Positions 6,718-6,768 of a stretch of 6,768 bases of DNA are shown here, in pieces. Made by a program: the position numbers and the translations under genes. The stretch covers positions 1 to 6,768 of the forward strand of contig NW_021829227.1 in NCBI RefSeq assembly GCF_006345805.1. The letters run 5' to 3'. The DNA comes from Octopus sinensis. Its lineage: Eukaryota. Under the pieces are notes generated by a model. That model worked only from the letters and a program-made list of their open reading frames with translations. It was not told the origin of the DNA and ran no database searches. Each line of letters opens with the position of its first letter. The first letter of the stretch is position 1.

Positions 6718-6768
6718 GGAGATAAATAAAAATATATGCATACATACAAACATATATGTACGTACCTA

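Noticed and set aside
6048-6749. ORFs of 63-129 aa
   Set aside because: Made of retroposon sequence and tetranucleotide or TA microsatellites.

Overview
AT-rich, repeat-dense eukaryotic DNA with no supportable full gene. The repeat families and microsatellite density match my recollection of octopus (coleoid cephalopod) genomes; this is inference, not a database result. The window holds one full-length young tRNA-derived SINE with a 12-bp target-site duplication (4746-5133), a second partial copy of it (1-165), several older SINE-like fragments and many microsatellites. All ORFs in the supplied track look like by-products of repeats. Three structures are not explained by routine annotation: (i) a 131-bp insertion (901-1031) joining a tRNA-Gly(GCC)-like sequence, a short trailer, an oligo-T and a SINE-type 3' tail, flanked by a 17-bp duplication; (ii) a 526-bp fold-back structure (1368-1893) with one inverted arm facing about 7.5 tandem 62-bp units; (iii) a 452-bp unit with 26-bp terminal redundancy (3645-4122). 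Three weak candidate exons are listed at low confidence. No CRISPR array, prokaryotic operon or ribozyme could be supported.
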